Source: Squalus acanthias
Taxonomy: Eukaryota
DNA length: 64,000 nt
Assembly: GCA_030390025.1 (NCBI GenBank)
Contig: CM059432.1
Coordinates: forward strand, 9,362,001-9,426,000
Direction of reading: 5' to 3'
The notes under the pieces are model-generated. The model made no database searches and was not told where the DNA came from. It was given only the letters and a program-made list of their open reading frames with translations. The position numbers were made by a program, and so were the translations under genes. Numbering within the stretch: the first letter of the stretch is position 1; each line of letters opens with the position of its first letter. This document shows, one piece after another, positions 37,000-50,265 of this stretch.

Positions 37000-37390
37000 C
37001 TCATTGAAGCATACAAAATTATTACAGGGCTTGATAGGATGGATGCTGGGAGAATGTTTCCCTTGGCTCGGGGAGTCTAGAACCAGGGGCCACAGCCTCA
37101 GGATAAAGGGTAGGCCATTCAGGACTGAGATGAGAAGAAATTTCTTCACACAGAGGGTGGTGAATCTTTGGAATCCTCTACCCCAGAGGGCTGTGGAGGC
37201 TCAGTCATTGGGTATATTCAAAACAGAAGTCGATATATTTCTGACTCGTAAGGGCATCAAGGGATATGGCGATAGGGCCGGTGAATGGAGTTGAGGCAGA
37301 AGATCAGCCATGATCTCATTGAATGGCGGAGCAGGCTCGAAGGGCCGAATGGCCGACTCCTGCTCCTATTTCTTATGCTCTTATGTTCTT
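37000..37390 (+). mobile_element. CR1 3' fragment
   Basis: ORF2 C-terminus plus tail. Confidence 0.85.
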
Positions 37391-37649
37391 AATGCTAAAC
37401 CACAAAATGAATCACCCACACATACACGGAGGAACTTTCCCTTCAAGGTGTATTTCAGTGAGGCTGGGCTGGAATCCTGATATTAGTTTCTCATAATGTG
37501 GGTGACCAGATAAAACACAAGTGCCATAACTACTGAACTACATGTAGAGAATTTAACCTTCAATTTCCCCCAAGGCCTTTCTGGTGTCTACACCTGACTG
37601 CACCTGAAAAACAACTTTCCTGCAAATGAATGCTAGATAATCCGGCAAT

Positions 37650-38162
37650 GCCTCAATTTTAAAATCCTCATCCTTATTTTCAAATCTCTCCATGGCCTCG
37701 CCCCCTCCCTATCTCTGTAACCTCCTCCAGCCGCACAACTGCGCTCCTCCAATCCTGGCCTCTTGAGCATCCCTGATTATAATCGCTCCACCATTGGCGG
37801 CCGTGCCTTCAGCCGCCTGGGCCCTAAGCTCTGGAATTCCCTCCCTAAACCTCTCTGCCTCTCTTTCCTCCTTTAAGACGCTCCTTAAAACCTGCCTCTT
37901 TGACCGAGCTTTTGGTCACCTGCCCTAATATCTCCTTATGTGGCCTCGGTCTCACATTTTGTTGTTAATACTCCTGTGAAGCCCCTTTACATGAAAACGT
38001 GTTCCCTAACTTCTCTCCTGAATAACAAAAGAAAACGCTGGTAAAACTCTGATTTTAAGGTTATGTCCCCTTCTCCTAGACTCCTCCACCAGTGGAAAAA
38101 GTTTCTCTCTACCTACCCTACGTTAAAGGCGCTATATATAAACACAAGTTGTTATTGTTGTT
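37650..38162 (+). mobile_element. L2 3' fragment interrupted by a short CR1 piece (about 37982-38120)
   Basis: Homologous to 24560-24966. Confidence 0.75.
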
Positions 38163-38504
38163 AGAGAGTAATGGATAATAGATATGGAGAGTGTAACAGG
38201 CTGGTATGGAAAGGGTTAATCAGAGCCGCAGCAGAAATCCTGTGGTTGACTTGAATGATGAGGGAATCTGCTCATTTATCACGGCTTGGCTTTGTTTTAT
38301 ACAAGTGTAAATTTTAACGTTTATTTGCCAAACACGATAAAATGATCCTTAAGCCAGAATGTCTTAAACTGCATGCACTAAATAACAATAATAATGTCTA
38401 AAAGTAACTAATCATTGCCTAATTACTGTTTTGCAGTTGTGTGCAAGGGATTGGGCCGTGGGCAGGGGGCTTTTTTCAACCAACTCTGACGAATCCAGTG
38501 TTAG

Positions 38505-39110
38505 GTTAGGTTATGAGGAGAGATTACACAAACTATGCTTGTATTCCCTGGAATACAGAAGGTTAAGGGGTGATTTTATTGAGGTTTTTCGGATTTTGAA
38601 AGGAATTGATGGGGTAGATAGAGAGCAAGCATTTCAGCTGGTATGGGGAGTCTAGCACAAGGGGACATAATCTTAAAGTCAGAGCCAGGCCATTCAGGAG
38701 TAGAAGTTAGGGAACACTTCTTCACGCAAAGGGTGGGCTCTCCCACAAAAAGCAGTAGATGCTAGCTCAGGCAATCATTTTAAATCTGAGATCGATAGGT
38801 TTCAGTAGGAACGGTAGGTGATGTTGTGTTGTGGTTATGTTACTGGACATGATCCTGCGACATGAGTTCAAATCCCACCACAGCAGCTGGGAAATTTAAA
38901 TTCAGATAATTAAATAAATCGGGAATAAATGCTGGCCTTGCCAGCAACGCCCGCATCCGGTGAATGAACAAAAAAAAAATTGCTAGACAAAGGTATAAAA
39001 GGATATGGAGCCGAGGCGGGTGGATGGAGCTAGGATACAGATCAGCCACGATCTCACTGAATGGCGGAACAGGCTTGAGGCGCTGGATGGCCTCCTCCTG
39101 TTTCTACGTT
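38505..39110 (+). mobile_element. CR1 3' fragment with nested internally deleted MetaSINE-like SINE (about 38810-38975)
   Basis: YEERL..L.LYSLE.RRLRGD.IEVF; SINE head joined directly to tail. Confidence 0.7.
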
Positions 39111-39719
39111 CCTATTGTATGTCGGCACTAGGAGTCCGTTGCGTGCCAAGTTGGTTAGGGGGCCGCGGGGTGGTCAAGGGTGCATGCCTGAAGCTGGCAT
39201 TAGTCCAACCTCCTGTACAAATCCAGAGCCTAATGCCGGTGTCAGGCCCCTTTCCCAAATTCAATCCAGTGCGTTCTGCGGTCAGTTTTCTCCGGGCCAG
39301 AGCAGCTAAAAACTCGGCCTTTAAAGGGACCGCTGGAGGCTGCCCACACAAAGGTAAGTTAAAAAATATATACTATTTACCTGAATGTGGAGCCAAGAGG
39401 AGCAGGTGTGCTCACCCTGGCTCCACTGAGAGCCCTCATCCTCCCCTCAGGAAACCAAGTGCTTCAAACCTTTTGGAGAGGATGATTGTTTTTTCTCTGG
39501 ATTGTCCTGAGCTGTCCTCTCCCTCCTCACTTTCCCTGAGCTGTGGATTCTCACCACTCCTTCCCCTACCACTGCCAGCTCTCTACCCTCTGAAACTCTT
39601 GCCCCAGAAACCTGCCAGCACCTTTCCATTTGTTGTGCATTAGTGCAAGAGCTGCAAGAAATCTCAGAATAAACAACTTCCTATCACGCCGCTGATTAAA
39701 AAGTTAGATTCAAATTGAA

Positions 39720-40010
39720 CTTTCCAGGATGGGCTATTGACCTCTCTGCTACGGGAAAGTGTTCCCTCCTATCCACTCTATCTAGGCCCTTCATAATTTT
39801 ATACACCTCAATTAAGTCTCCCCTCAGCCTCCTCTGTTCCAAAGAAAACAACCCCAGCCTATCCAATCTTTCCTCCTAGCTAAAATTCTCCAGTCCTGGC
39901 AACATCCTCGTAAATCTCCTCTGCACCCTCTCCAGTGCAATCACATCTTTCCTGTAATGTGGTGACCAGAACTGTATGCAGTACTCTAGCTGTGGCCTAA
40001 CTCTAGCTGT
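39720..40010 (-). mobile_element. CR1 fragment
   Basis: Matches CR1-B 17500-17730 and 60945-61110. Confidence 0.75.
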
Positions 40011-40019
40011 GGCCGAACT

Positions 40020-40620
40020 AATTTAAGTGGTTAAGCCAGATGATCGCGTCAGGAGTAGTGGAGTGTGTCGCTGTGATGCCTCCTTCATACTTGTGAATGG
40101 GGCATTGAGTCGTTACATGTTCCGTGGTCTGTTCTGGGTGACCACAGTCGCACACTGGAGAGATTTTAATTCTCAATTGGTGCATCATGTATTCGCGTCA
40201 GCCGTGGTTTGTCCGGATACGGTTTAGGGTTGCCCATAAGCTTCGCAGAAGATCGAAGCCAGAATGAACAGTGATGGTGGTTGACGTTGTAAAGTAAGTG
40301 TTGGCTGGAATTTGCCTCAGTCTTCCTTTCAGACTCATGGATTGGCCAGAGTCCTCGGCTGCAAATGCAAAAACAGCTGGTCTTCTCATGTGCGACCACA
40401 TTCAACGGTGAATAGACTCTCACAAATGGTGGCTTCTTTCACTTTTTTTTTTCTTGCATAAGTTGAACAGCTTTCCATCTGTCTTTCCAAGAGGTACGAA
40501 AGACTTTCCTTCAGCGTGGCCAAGAAGAACAGGTCAAAGCAGGACAACTTCTTCATCACAAGTGGAGTTCAACAACTTGGCTTGACTACACTTAGGATAA
40601 AGAGAGCATCAGGCACTGTC
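40020..40620 (-). pseudogene. Highly decayed non-LTR relic: RTE-like RT piece joined to a Vingi/Ingi/RTEX-like C-terminal zinc knuckle
   Basis: TDGKLFNL; FAFAAEDSG.SMSLK; GFDLLRSLWATLNRIRTNHG...SPVCDCGHPEQTTEHVTTQCP...AIIWL. Confidence 0.55.
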
Positions 40621-40789
40621 AAGTTAATAATCATTTTTCTCAACATTTCATCGTGTAGCTGTTAAATCACTCTGATAAATTTTGTCAGGGACAACCAAAC
40701 TTGGTCAGGAGTTTCCACAGTCCCTCTTAACGGGTCTTGCAAAATATAGATTGTGGTCCAAGTGCTTTGGTTGGATCAGACAGGCTGTC

Positions 40790-41033
40790 TGAAAGAAAGA
40801 AAGACTTGCATTTCTGTAGCGCCTTTCACGACCTCAGGATGTCCCAAAGTGTTTTACAGCCAATGCAGTACTTTTTGAAGTGTAGTCACTGTTGTAATGT
40901 AGGAAACGCAGCAGCCAATTTGCGCACAGCAAGCTCCCACAAACAGCAATGTGATAATGACCAGATCATCTGTTTTTGTTATGTTGATTGAGGGATAAAT
41001 ATTGGCCAGCACACTGGGGAGAACTCCCCTGCT
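40790..41033 (-). mobile_element. DeuSINE 3' half
   Basis: Consensus tail. Confidence 0.8.
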
Positions 41034-41499
41034 CAGGAAGAATGTGGGCTAGAAATTGGATTGCACCCAATAAAGAGGGAGAGAAATTCCATAAACTACC
41101 GACAAATAATGCTCCATTTTTCCATCAGAACAGTCGCCCTTATGTTTAGGAATATGAGAACAAGATGTATCAGTCAATTCTAAAGGAACCACTACCAATG
41201 TGGAGCTTACGTTAACATGTGTGAGCCAGCATTAGCAACTGTTCCTTTAACAACTCCCGAGCAACAGATAAAATTTTATTTTTTAACACAAGCCAACACT
41301 TCCTTGTAACTGTTTGTTCACACGTTCATGCTCTTCAACAATTTATAAATCATTGGAAGAAGCTGCAAAATGTTCTTTTACGCTGACTAATCTACACACT
41401 CCGAAAGAGCTGACAGCACTGCCAAGAACCTGCTGTCCAGCCTCAATGGGCCTTGATGACATTGAGGAATAACTGCCCCACAGAGACAAAAAAAGGATT

Positions 41500-41985
41500 A
41501 GAATTACATAGAATGTACAGCACAGAAACAGGCCATTCGGCCCAACTGGTCCATGCCGGTGTTTATGCTCCACACAAGCCTCCTCCCACCCCTCTTCATC
41601 TCACCCTATCAACATAACCTTCTATTCCTTTCTCCCTGTGTTTTTATCTACCCTCCTCTTAAATGCATCTAAGCTATTCGCCTCAACTACTCCTTGTGGT
41701 AGCGAGTTCCACATTCTAACCACTCTGTTGGAATAAAGAATAAAGAAGTTTCTCCTGAATTCCCTATTTGATTTATTAGTGACTATCTTATATTTATGGC
41801 CCCTAGTTTTGGTCTCCCCCACAAGTGGAAACATCTTCTCTATGTCTACCCTATCGAACCCTTTCATAATTTTAAAGACCTCTATCAGGTCACCCCTCAG
41901 CCTTCTCTTTTCTAGAGAAAAGAGCCCCAGCCTGTTCAATCTTTCCTGATAGGTATAATTTCTCAGTTCTGGTATCATCCTTGTA
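41500..41985 (-). mobile_element. CR1 3' fragment
   Basis: ORF2 C-terminus plus tail. Confidence 0.85.
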
Positions 41986-42075
41986 AGTAGGGAGTGGAAC
42001 TCCTTAAAAATCAGATCCCAGCACTTTTGTGATGCCCAGCTTTTGTTGCAGAAGTACATTGTACTGAAATAATAT

Positions 42076-42963
42076 GGGGGAGAAATTCGGTATCGTCCCG
42101 TTTGGGGCGCAATTATCGTCCGGGCGCAAGGTTTAGCGCCTGGCACTAATTATCGCCTCCGACTGCAAACTTGGCTTCTATCTCCCCTGGAGGTGATTGG
42201 AGCGCTAAATCAGGCACTACACACCTCTCTTAAGGTGCTAACGCCGAGGAGCGAGGCGCTACCTCAGAGCGCTAGCGAAGCTCATGTGATGTCAGTCAGC
42301 AATGGAACACAGACACACTGGCGCCGGCCAGTTCTTAAAGGGGAGGGTCGATCTTGCTCTCCATCCACACCCTGCTCATTGCAGTCTTGAATCTCGGCCT
42401 GGAGAGACCTGTATATCAAATCTGCTGAAAAGAACAATGGAGAGGCCCAGAGAAAGAGCTCAGAGTGCAGCCCCCACAGTCTCTTCTAAATCGATGCAAG
42501 GAAGGTCAAATCAAAATGAACCTGCAAAGTGTTGCTCAGTACCCAAAACTCCTTCACACAGCATTGAATCTCTCCAGAAGTCTCTCTCTCTCAGAATGCG
42601 TGGTGCAAAAATGTCGGCGAAAAAAACAGGCAGGAAGCGGTCGCCTTTAAATACCACTCCCCCAGCCCCTTCCCGACTGCAAAACGTTCCCCTCAACCTG
42701 TCGTTGCTAGCGGCAGACGGTAAGGCAGGGGGCGCCACTCAATATCTGGTCTGGGACGCTACCGGGGCGTTGCACGCTCGACTGACGTCACGATCTGCGG
42801 GCGCAGGAGATCATGGCGGTAGTGTTTAGTGCCGTAGCAAAATGTCTGGTCAATTTCGCGAGCGGTGCAAGCATTGCCGCGCCCGGGCGCTAGTTGCTTT
42901 GTGACCCATTAGCGCCCTCTTAGGGCGCTAACGGGAGGCGCAAAGCAACCGAATTTTCCCCCC
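42076..42963 (-). mobile_element. Non-autonomous internal-deletion derivative of the autonomous Harbinger family
   Basis: Both arms align by eye to 4988-5512 and 8765-9149; TIRs retained. Confidence 0.9.
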
Positions 42964-43339
42964 ATATATATTTCTTAAATAAGTATTGATTAATGTTTGG
43001 TGCTGGGCGGAATAAAAACTAATAGCTGGAGTAAAAATGAGAGCTGTCCTCTCTAACTCAGCGTCAAAATGCAGCACAGGAATCAGACCATCTGCAGGCA
43101 TCAGGCGAAATTGGGCCCCTCTGACTCCACTTAAAAGCAGCCAGCACCTCTTCAAGGGGCGGTGCACTGTGGCTGAAAATTGTAGGGAAAGTTTGTAAAA
43201 AGAGAAATGGCTGTAAGAAAGACTTGCATTTCTATAGCGCCTTTCACGACCTCAGGACGTCCCAAAGCGCTTTACAGCCAATGAAGTACTGTTGTAATGT
43301 AGGAAACGTGGCATCCAGTTTGTGCTCCAAGACCCGTGG

Positions 43340-44575
43340 ATCAAGACCCCAGGTTCAGTGATGCCGCTTTAGAAGCCATGGTCCGAGCAGTGAATGGGAG
43401 GAGGGAGATAGCGTGTTCCTCTGGGGGGCAACAATTCCATCGCCTGTGGGCAGAGGTCGTTGAGGCGATCAATGTGAAGATCTTAGCTCCCAGGACATGC
43501 CGAAAGATGTTAATGACCTCCGCAGGGTTGTGAAGGTAAGAATCTAACATCTCACCTCATTACTCCTCTTCCTCACACCTGCGCCACCTCGAGCCTCACT
43601 ACTCAATGCACTCCCCACCCTGCTTCCCCTCACTCTCATACAATCACTGCACCACACTTCACTCCTCCTCCTCCTCCTACTCACACACTCTGCACCTCCT
43701 GCTCTCAGCACTATTGCAAGCCTCAGTTCCCCACACCTCACACCTTGCACACAATGCCTGCACCATTCGACCATGACAGGCACAGTCTCTAAACAGCTCA
43801 CAAGGCTGTCACTAACGCACTCCCTTCTTTCTTGCAGAAGATCGGACACAACATGAGACAGCCAGAGAAGCCAGGGGTTGTCTTCACACCTCCTCCCCAC
43901 TTCAGCAGGACTTGCTGGATGTCACGGGTAGGGGTGGAGTCATGGCCGTGACGAGTGGCGACACCGGAGGAGAATCTCGTTGCACAGGGTTTCTTCACAA
44001 CTTACCCTCTCTTTCCCTTCTCCCTTCTATCTCATCCCCACACACTCTGCATGACAAACCGCAGCTACTTTTAGCAGCCACTCATCGCTCTCTGCTCTCC
44101 CCTTCACACGGAACGCTAACCTTTGTCCCTCTCTTTCATTTCAGGAGCTGAGCCTGCCGAGGCTCCTGGGCCAGTGAAGGCAGAGGAGGCCAGCCTTCCT
44201 GAAGCTGCAGCGATACTCAATCTGACCCTGGCGAGCACCAGCTCAGAGCCCAGCACCACGTGTACTATAGAGGGTAGTCTAGAGGTGGGCTCCTCATGTG
44301 GTGAATCACCGGCCACAAGTGCGCAGGAGCTAGGGCAGGGGGGAGAGGACACCACAGGTGCCAGCTCGCTGGAGGGGTCAGACACAGAAGACCGATGGAA
44401 ATAAACCAGGAAATGCTCAAGACACTGAGAAGCCTGCAGTCGAGCACCAGCACAAAGTTGTCCTCCGGAGTTAGGATTCACTTCTGGAACACAGAAAATA
44501 GCCCTAGAAAAGCCCAGAAGTTAACCAACAGCTGAGGAGGACAAACCAGTAACGAGCCTTTATGGAGGAGATGAT
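43340..44575 (+). pseudogene. Decayed three-exon Harbinger Myb-like gene (third element)
   Basis: PRFSDAALEAMVRAV...LWAEVVEAIN...PRT.CRK; donor after 43535, acceptors before 43838 and 44145. Confidence 0.7.
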
Positions 44576-44579
44576 CCAT

Positions 44580-45125
44580 AAGAATATAAGAACATAAGAA
44601 ATAGGAGCAGGAGTAGGCCATACAGCCCCTTGAGCCTGCTCCGCCATTCAATAAGATCATGGCTGATCTTCGACCTCAACTCCACGTTCTCGCCCAATCT
44701 CCATACCCCTTGATTCCCCTAGAGTCCAAAAACCTATCTCAGCCTTGAATATACTCAACGATTCAGCGTTCACAGCCCTTTGGGGTAGAGACTTACAACG
44801 ATTCACAACCCTCTGAGTGAAGAAATTCCTCCTCATCTCAGTCTTAAATGGCCGACCCCTTATCCTGAGACTATGCCCCCTAGTTCTAGACTCTCCAGCC
44901 AGGGGGAAACAACCTCTCAGCATCTACCCTGTCAATCCCCCTCAGAATCTTAAATATTTCAATCAGATCACCTCTCATTCTTCTAATCTCCAGAGAGTAC
45001 AGGCCCATTCTACACAATCTCTCCTCATAGGACAACCCTCTCATCCCAGGAATCAATCTGGTGAACCTTCATTGCATCGCCTCCAAGGCAAGTATATCCT
45101 TCCTTAGATAAGGAGACCAAAACTG
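44580..45125 (-). mobile_element. CR1 3' fragment
   Basis: ORF2 C-terminus plus tail. Confidence 0.85.
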
Positions 45126-45954
45126 TGCCCTTTAAATGGATTCCAGCAGGGTCCTTCCTGACTGTCAGTGCCATGAGCTACTGGGCAAGTTCATCACGCA
45201 GCGAGAAGGCACTGGGGAGCAGCCCAATTTCACATAAGGAGCCTACAACCCGCGTAGGACCCCCAGTTAAATATTATTCTGAGCTTCCTGAATCGTTCTG
45301 GCACATGCATGGACGCCTATGGAGGAGGCCGATCCAATATGGCGGGGGGTGCACTTCCCGGCACAACTGGTGCGGGCGCCCACCGCCCGCCATATTGGAA
45401 TCCTCAGACGCCATTTTTACGCCATAAAATGGGCGCGGTGTGCTCGAATTTCTGGGCCTTCAAAATAGTGCCATGGGAACTTTTACCTCCACCTGAGGGG
45501 CCCTCGGTTTAACGTCTCAGCTGAAAGACGGCACCTCCGACAGTGCAGCACTCCCTCAGCACAGCCTGGATTTTTGTGCTCACGCCTCTGGCGGGGTGGG
45601 GGGGGGTGGGGGGGGACTTGTTTCAGATATGTTTTCAGAGCCCAGGCGACATGTGAGCATTTGTTCATTTGCATTACGTGCAGTAGTTCCTGCGTATGGT
45701 GCTTTTAATCATGGATGACTGAAGCACTGTCTCAGGGGCCTGGAGAGTGTATAGGATCTGCAGGGTTTCCCTTGCAGTCTCTCGCTCTGGTAACAGCTCC
45801 GTGGCCAACATGGATCTGCTACGCACCACAGGCCGCATCTCAGACTGAAAGCCTATCAAGTAACAAAAGGGATTACGTCATCCAAAAAAAATCTGATGCT
45901 CACCAGATGTTATATAAAACATTATTTTGAAAGAAAGGATATATTACAGTGAGA

Positions 45955-46390
45955 AAGACCTCAGGACGTCCCAAAGTGCTTTACAGCCAATGAAGTACTT
46001 TTTGAGGTGGAGTCGCTGTTGTAATGTAGGAAACGCGGCAGCCAATTTGCGCACAGCAAGCTCCCACAAACAGCAATGTGACAATGACCAGATAATCTGT
46101 TTCAGTGATGTTGGTTGAGGGATAAATATTGGCCCCAGGACACCGGGGATAACTCCCCTGCTCTTCTTCGAAATAGTGCCCGTGGGATCTTTCACATCCA
46201 CCTGAGAGAGCAGGCAGAGCCTCAATTTAACGTCTGCATCCGAAAGACGGCACCTCCGACAGTGCTGCGCTCCCTCGGTAGAAAGTTTCAAGCCTAGATT
46301 TTTGTGCTCAAGCTTCCGTGGAGTGGAATGTGAACCGACAACCTTCGTGACTCAGAGATGTGAGATTGCTACCCACTGAGCCACATGAAC
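45955..46390 (-). mobile_element. DeuSINE
   Basis: Near-complete copy; another partial copy at about 45462-45585. Confidence 0.8.
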
Positions 46391-46887
46391 TGATTCCAAT
46401 TTTGTTGTTTTGAAATGTTTGATTATCTTGCTGTGCTTTTTGGCTCATGCTATCACAGTGCTTGCCGGTGATTGATGCCTCGTTTAGCAACAGATGTGCA
46501 TTATGCTGCGGTTTGCATGACATTATGCATGTGCATCTAAAATGTCACAAATTCCAATTTCCATTCCTGGCTGCAAACCTTTCCTGGCATTGGCAGGAAG
46601 GTCTGTGTTACAATTCAAGCTCGCTCCTGACACTCTTTAAATCCTGAGGCAGCCCACTCTTCCAGTGAGCGAAAACCTAACCTTGTGGATCAAGTGACTG
46701 GTGTAGCAGACGTCCATGTTAACGATCCACCCTTGTTTGTACGGGTTAAACCACTTTTCAATCCTGACCTATCCGATAGGCAGAAAAACACCAAACTGAC
46801 GCTAAAAATACAAGTTGGATTTATTGCAGTACATAAAGCGATACAGAAGCAAAATAAATCAGTATTTAAGCACTATACTTACACTAA

Positions 46888-47722
46888 GGGGGCGATTTTG
46901 CCAGCCCTTGGGGAGGCGGGTGTGGAGGCGGGACTGCCGGGAAAATGGCAGAATTTGGGGGCGGGTGCCCAACCCGCCTCCGTGCCATCTTTCCAGGAGG
47001 CGGGTAGCCTTCCCGCGCTGGGTCCCGTCTCCTTGGAGGCGGAAGGGATTAAAGCCTATTAACTGCCTGTTAACAGGTAGTTAACAGGCAGAAAATAGGA
47101 TTATCCCCATTTTGCCCTCACAAGTGCGGGGTTCCCGACGGCTCCAAAACCCACCAGCTCAGCGAGGCGAGTACTGGGTCTGCGGGGGTTGGGGGGGGGT
47201 GCAAAAGTGTGGTGTGAAGGTAAGTGATGGGTGCAAGAGTGGAGAGGTGAGGATCTGAGGTAAGTGCAAAGTGTTTCTAAAAGTGTACTTACCTTTGTTT
47301 CTTCCTGCAGGCTTCAGTCGGTTTGTATGCGGAGAGTCTCGGACCTCCGCGTTCAGATTGACAGGTGGCCGTTGCATTCACAGATGCAACAACCATCTCA
47401 ATTCTGTAAAAGAAAGAAGTTTGATGAGGTCTTGAATTCAAGACCTCATCAAACTACAGAGAATGTCAGTGTTTGACAGCTTCACAGAGCTGTCAAACGA
47501 TGACAATTCATCTGTCAAAAATTTTTGACAGATGAAACATCATACGTTGACGTTCTCTGCAACCGGCTTTCCCTTAATTGGCCTGCTAACCCGCTGGGCG
47601 GGCTTAACAAGGTCAATCAAGGGAAAATAGCGTGGGTTGGCCACAAATCAATGGAGGCAGGACATCGACCCGACAAGCAGCAGTCCCGCCTCCAACTCGC
47701 CCCCAGTCACAAAATCGCCCCC
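46888..47722 (-). mobile_element. Harbinger-type MITE, family E copy 2
   Basis: Perfect 12-bp TIR GGGGGCGATTTT / AAAATCGCCCCC; flanks TAA/CAA. Confidence 0.82.
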
Positions 47723-48414
47723 CAATACTCTAAATGGTTTAATGAATGGGAGGAGTTGCTGTAGTTTCAATCATGAGTTCTGTTTGCTGCAGTTCGTAGA
47801 GACTCACTTTAAATAGACACTGTAAATAAACATTGTTTCCTGCGAAACGCATTTGTTAGCCATCAGTCCCGCCCCGCCTCCAACTCATTGGCTGACACAT
47901 TGGGGTCAATAGACACTCTGGAATTTTTCATGCATAGCGCATGTCTGCAGACAGAATTGCATATTAGTTCCGTCCACAAGGCCCCCCAGGATAAAAAAAA
48001 AAGAAATCTTATCAGAAACAGCAGCCACATTTGCAAATTCTCGGACATTGGCGCATACAGCGAAAATTATTTGAAAAGATATCTAGAAATATTTACACAT
48101 TGACTTTGAACAGAGGCCAGTTCCACCTCAGTGTATGCAGGCCAGGCAGCAAACAAAAACCACTTTGCTGGTCCATGGGTGGTCAGGTGCCAGGAGAATG
48201 CCAGCTGTCAGTCTTGGCAGTAGTGTTTCTATTTGCTGCTCGCAGTGCGGCCATCTTCACAGGAACCCACCTTTTGATGATTCTCAGGAGGTAATTGTGT
48301 CCCCCCTACCTCACAGCACTCCTATTGAAGCCAGGGGTGCGTTCTACGTGTTTTCAATTTCTTTTATTTGTCTTTTACTGGAGTGTAGAATAGCCAGTAA
48401 CATACAGGACACTT

Positions 48415-50265
48415 ATAGGAACGTAAGAACATAGGAACAGGAGGAGGCCATTGAGGCCCCTCGAGCCTGCTCTGCCATTCAATGAGATCATGGCTGATCT
48501 GTGACCTAACTCCATATACCCGCCTTTGGCCCATGTCCCTTAATAGCTTTGGTGAACAAAAATCTATCAATCTCAGATTTAAAATTAACAATTGATCTGG
48601 CATCGATTGCTGTTTGCGGAAGAGAGTTCCAAACTTCTCCCACCCTTTGTGTGTAGAAGTGTTTCCTAATTTCACTCCTGAAAGGTCTGGCTCTAATTTT
48701 TAGACTATGCCCCCCTAGTCCTAGAATCCCCAACCAGCAAAAATAGCTTCTCTCTATCCACCCTATCCCCCTTACTAACCTGAAAACTTCGATCAGATCA
48801 CCCCTTAAATTATAGGGAATACAACCCTAATTTGTATAATTGCTCCTCGTAACTTAATCCTTGAAGTCCGGGTGTCATTCTGGTAAACCTACGCTGCACT
48901 GCCTCCGAGGCTTATTTCATTTCATAGAATCACAGAATGGTTACAGCACGAAGAAGGCCGTCGAGCCCGTGCCGGCTCTCTGCAAGAGCACCTCAGCTAG
49001 TCCCACTCCCCCCGCCCTTTCCCCGTAACCCTGCAAATTATTTTCTTTCAGGTACTTATCCAATTCCCTTTTGAAAGTTGTGATTGAATCTGCCTCCACC
49101 ACCCTCTCAGGCAGTGCATTCCAGATCCTAACCACTCGCTGCGTAAAAAAGTTTTTTCTTATGTCGCCTTTGGTTCTTTTGCCAATCACCTTAAATCTGT
49201 GTCCTCTGGTTCTCGACCCTTCTGCCAATGGGAACAGTTTCTCTCTCTCTACTCTGTCCAGACCCCCTCATGATTTTGAACACCTCTAGCAAATCTCCTC
49301 TCAATCTTCTCTGCTCTGAGGAGAACAACCCCAGCTTCTCCAGTCTATCCACGTAACTGAAGTCCCTCATCCCTGGAATCATTCTCGTAAATCTTATCTG
49401 CACCCTCTCTAAAGCCTTCACAGAAAAAGTGCGGTGCCCAGAATTGGACACAATACTCCAGTTGAGGCGGAGCCAGTGTTTTATAAAGGTTAATCAAAAT
49501 TTGATAGAATGTACAGCATAGAAACAGGCCAATCGGCCCAACAGGTCCATGTCGGTGTTTATGCTCCACATGAGCTGCCACACACCCCTTTTTATCTCAT
49601 CCCATCAGCATAACCTTCGAATCCTTTCTCCCTCATGTGCTTATCTAGTTTCCCCTTAAATACATCTGTGTTATTTTCTTTAACTATTCCTTGTGGTAGT
49701 GAGTTCCACATTTCTCTTAAGAAATTTCTCCTGAATTCCCTATTTGATTTATTAGTGACTATTGACATGAATCTGTCATTCATGAAAGAAAGACTTATGA
49801 AATAATACTGAATGGCCTGCGGGTGGCGCTGTCCAGGGAGAGTATAAATACTCGGGCACAGGCCCAGCTTGTGCAGGACATTCTTAACAGGAACTAGTGA
49901 CGGACACAACTAGACCTCCATGTTGTAAAACAGTTGATTAAAGCTTTGTTTAACGCTTAGACCAAGTGCCTAGTAGTTTTCTTACGTCAACTATCTTATA
50001 TTTAATGCCCGTAGTTTTGGTCTCCCCCTTTTCTCTACGTCTACCCTATCAAACACTTTCATAATCTTAAAGATTTCTATCAGGTTACCCTTTCCGCTTT
50101 CTCTTTTCTAGATAAAAGAGCCCCAGCCTGCTCAGTCTTTCCTGATAGTCATAACCTCTCAGTTCCGGTATCATCTGTGTAAATCTTTTTTTTGCACCTT
50201 CTCCAGCGCCCCATGTACCTATTATAATCCGGAGACCAGAACTTTGCACAGGACTCCAGATGTGG
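48415..50265 (-). mobile_element. Cluster of three CR1 3' fragments of different subfamilies (about 48415-48910, 48922-49495, 49503-50265)
   Basis: Each has ORF2 C-terminal motifs and its own tail. Confidence 0.8.

Noticed and set aside
23281..37390. Very similar inverted CR1 tails at 23281-23655 and 37000-37390 as a rearrangement
   Set aside because: Similarity does not extend into the flanks; explained by one subfamily
39005..39643. 212-aa ORF
   Set aside because: Spans a CR1 tail and a GC-rich repeat-like segment, with no domain signal
48114..48290. Possible 177-nt host exon (AG...GTAATT)
   Set aside because: No polypyrimidine tract and no recognisable peptide
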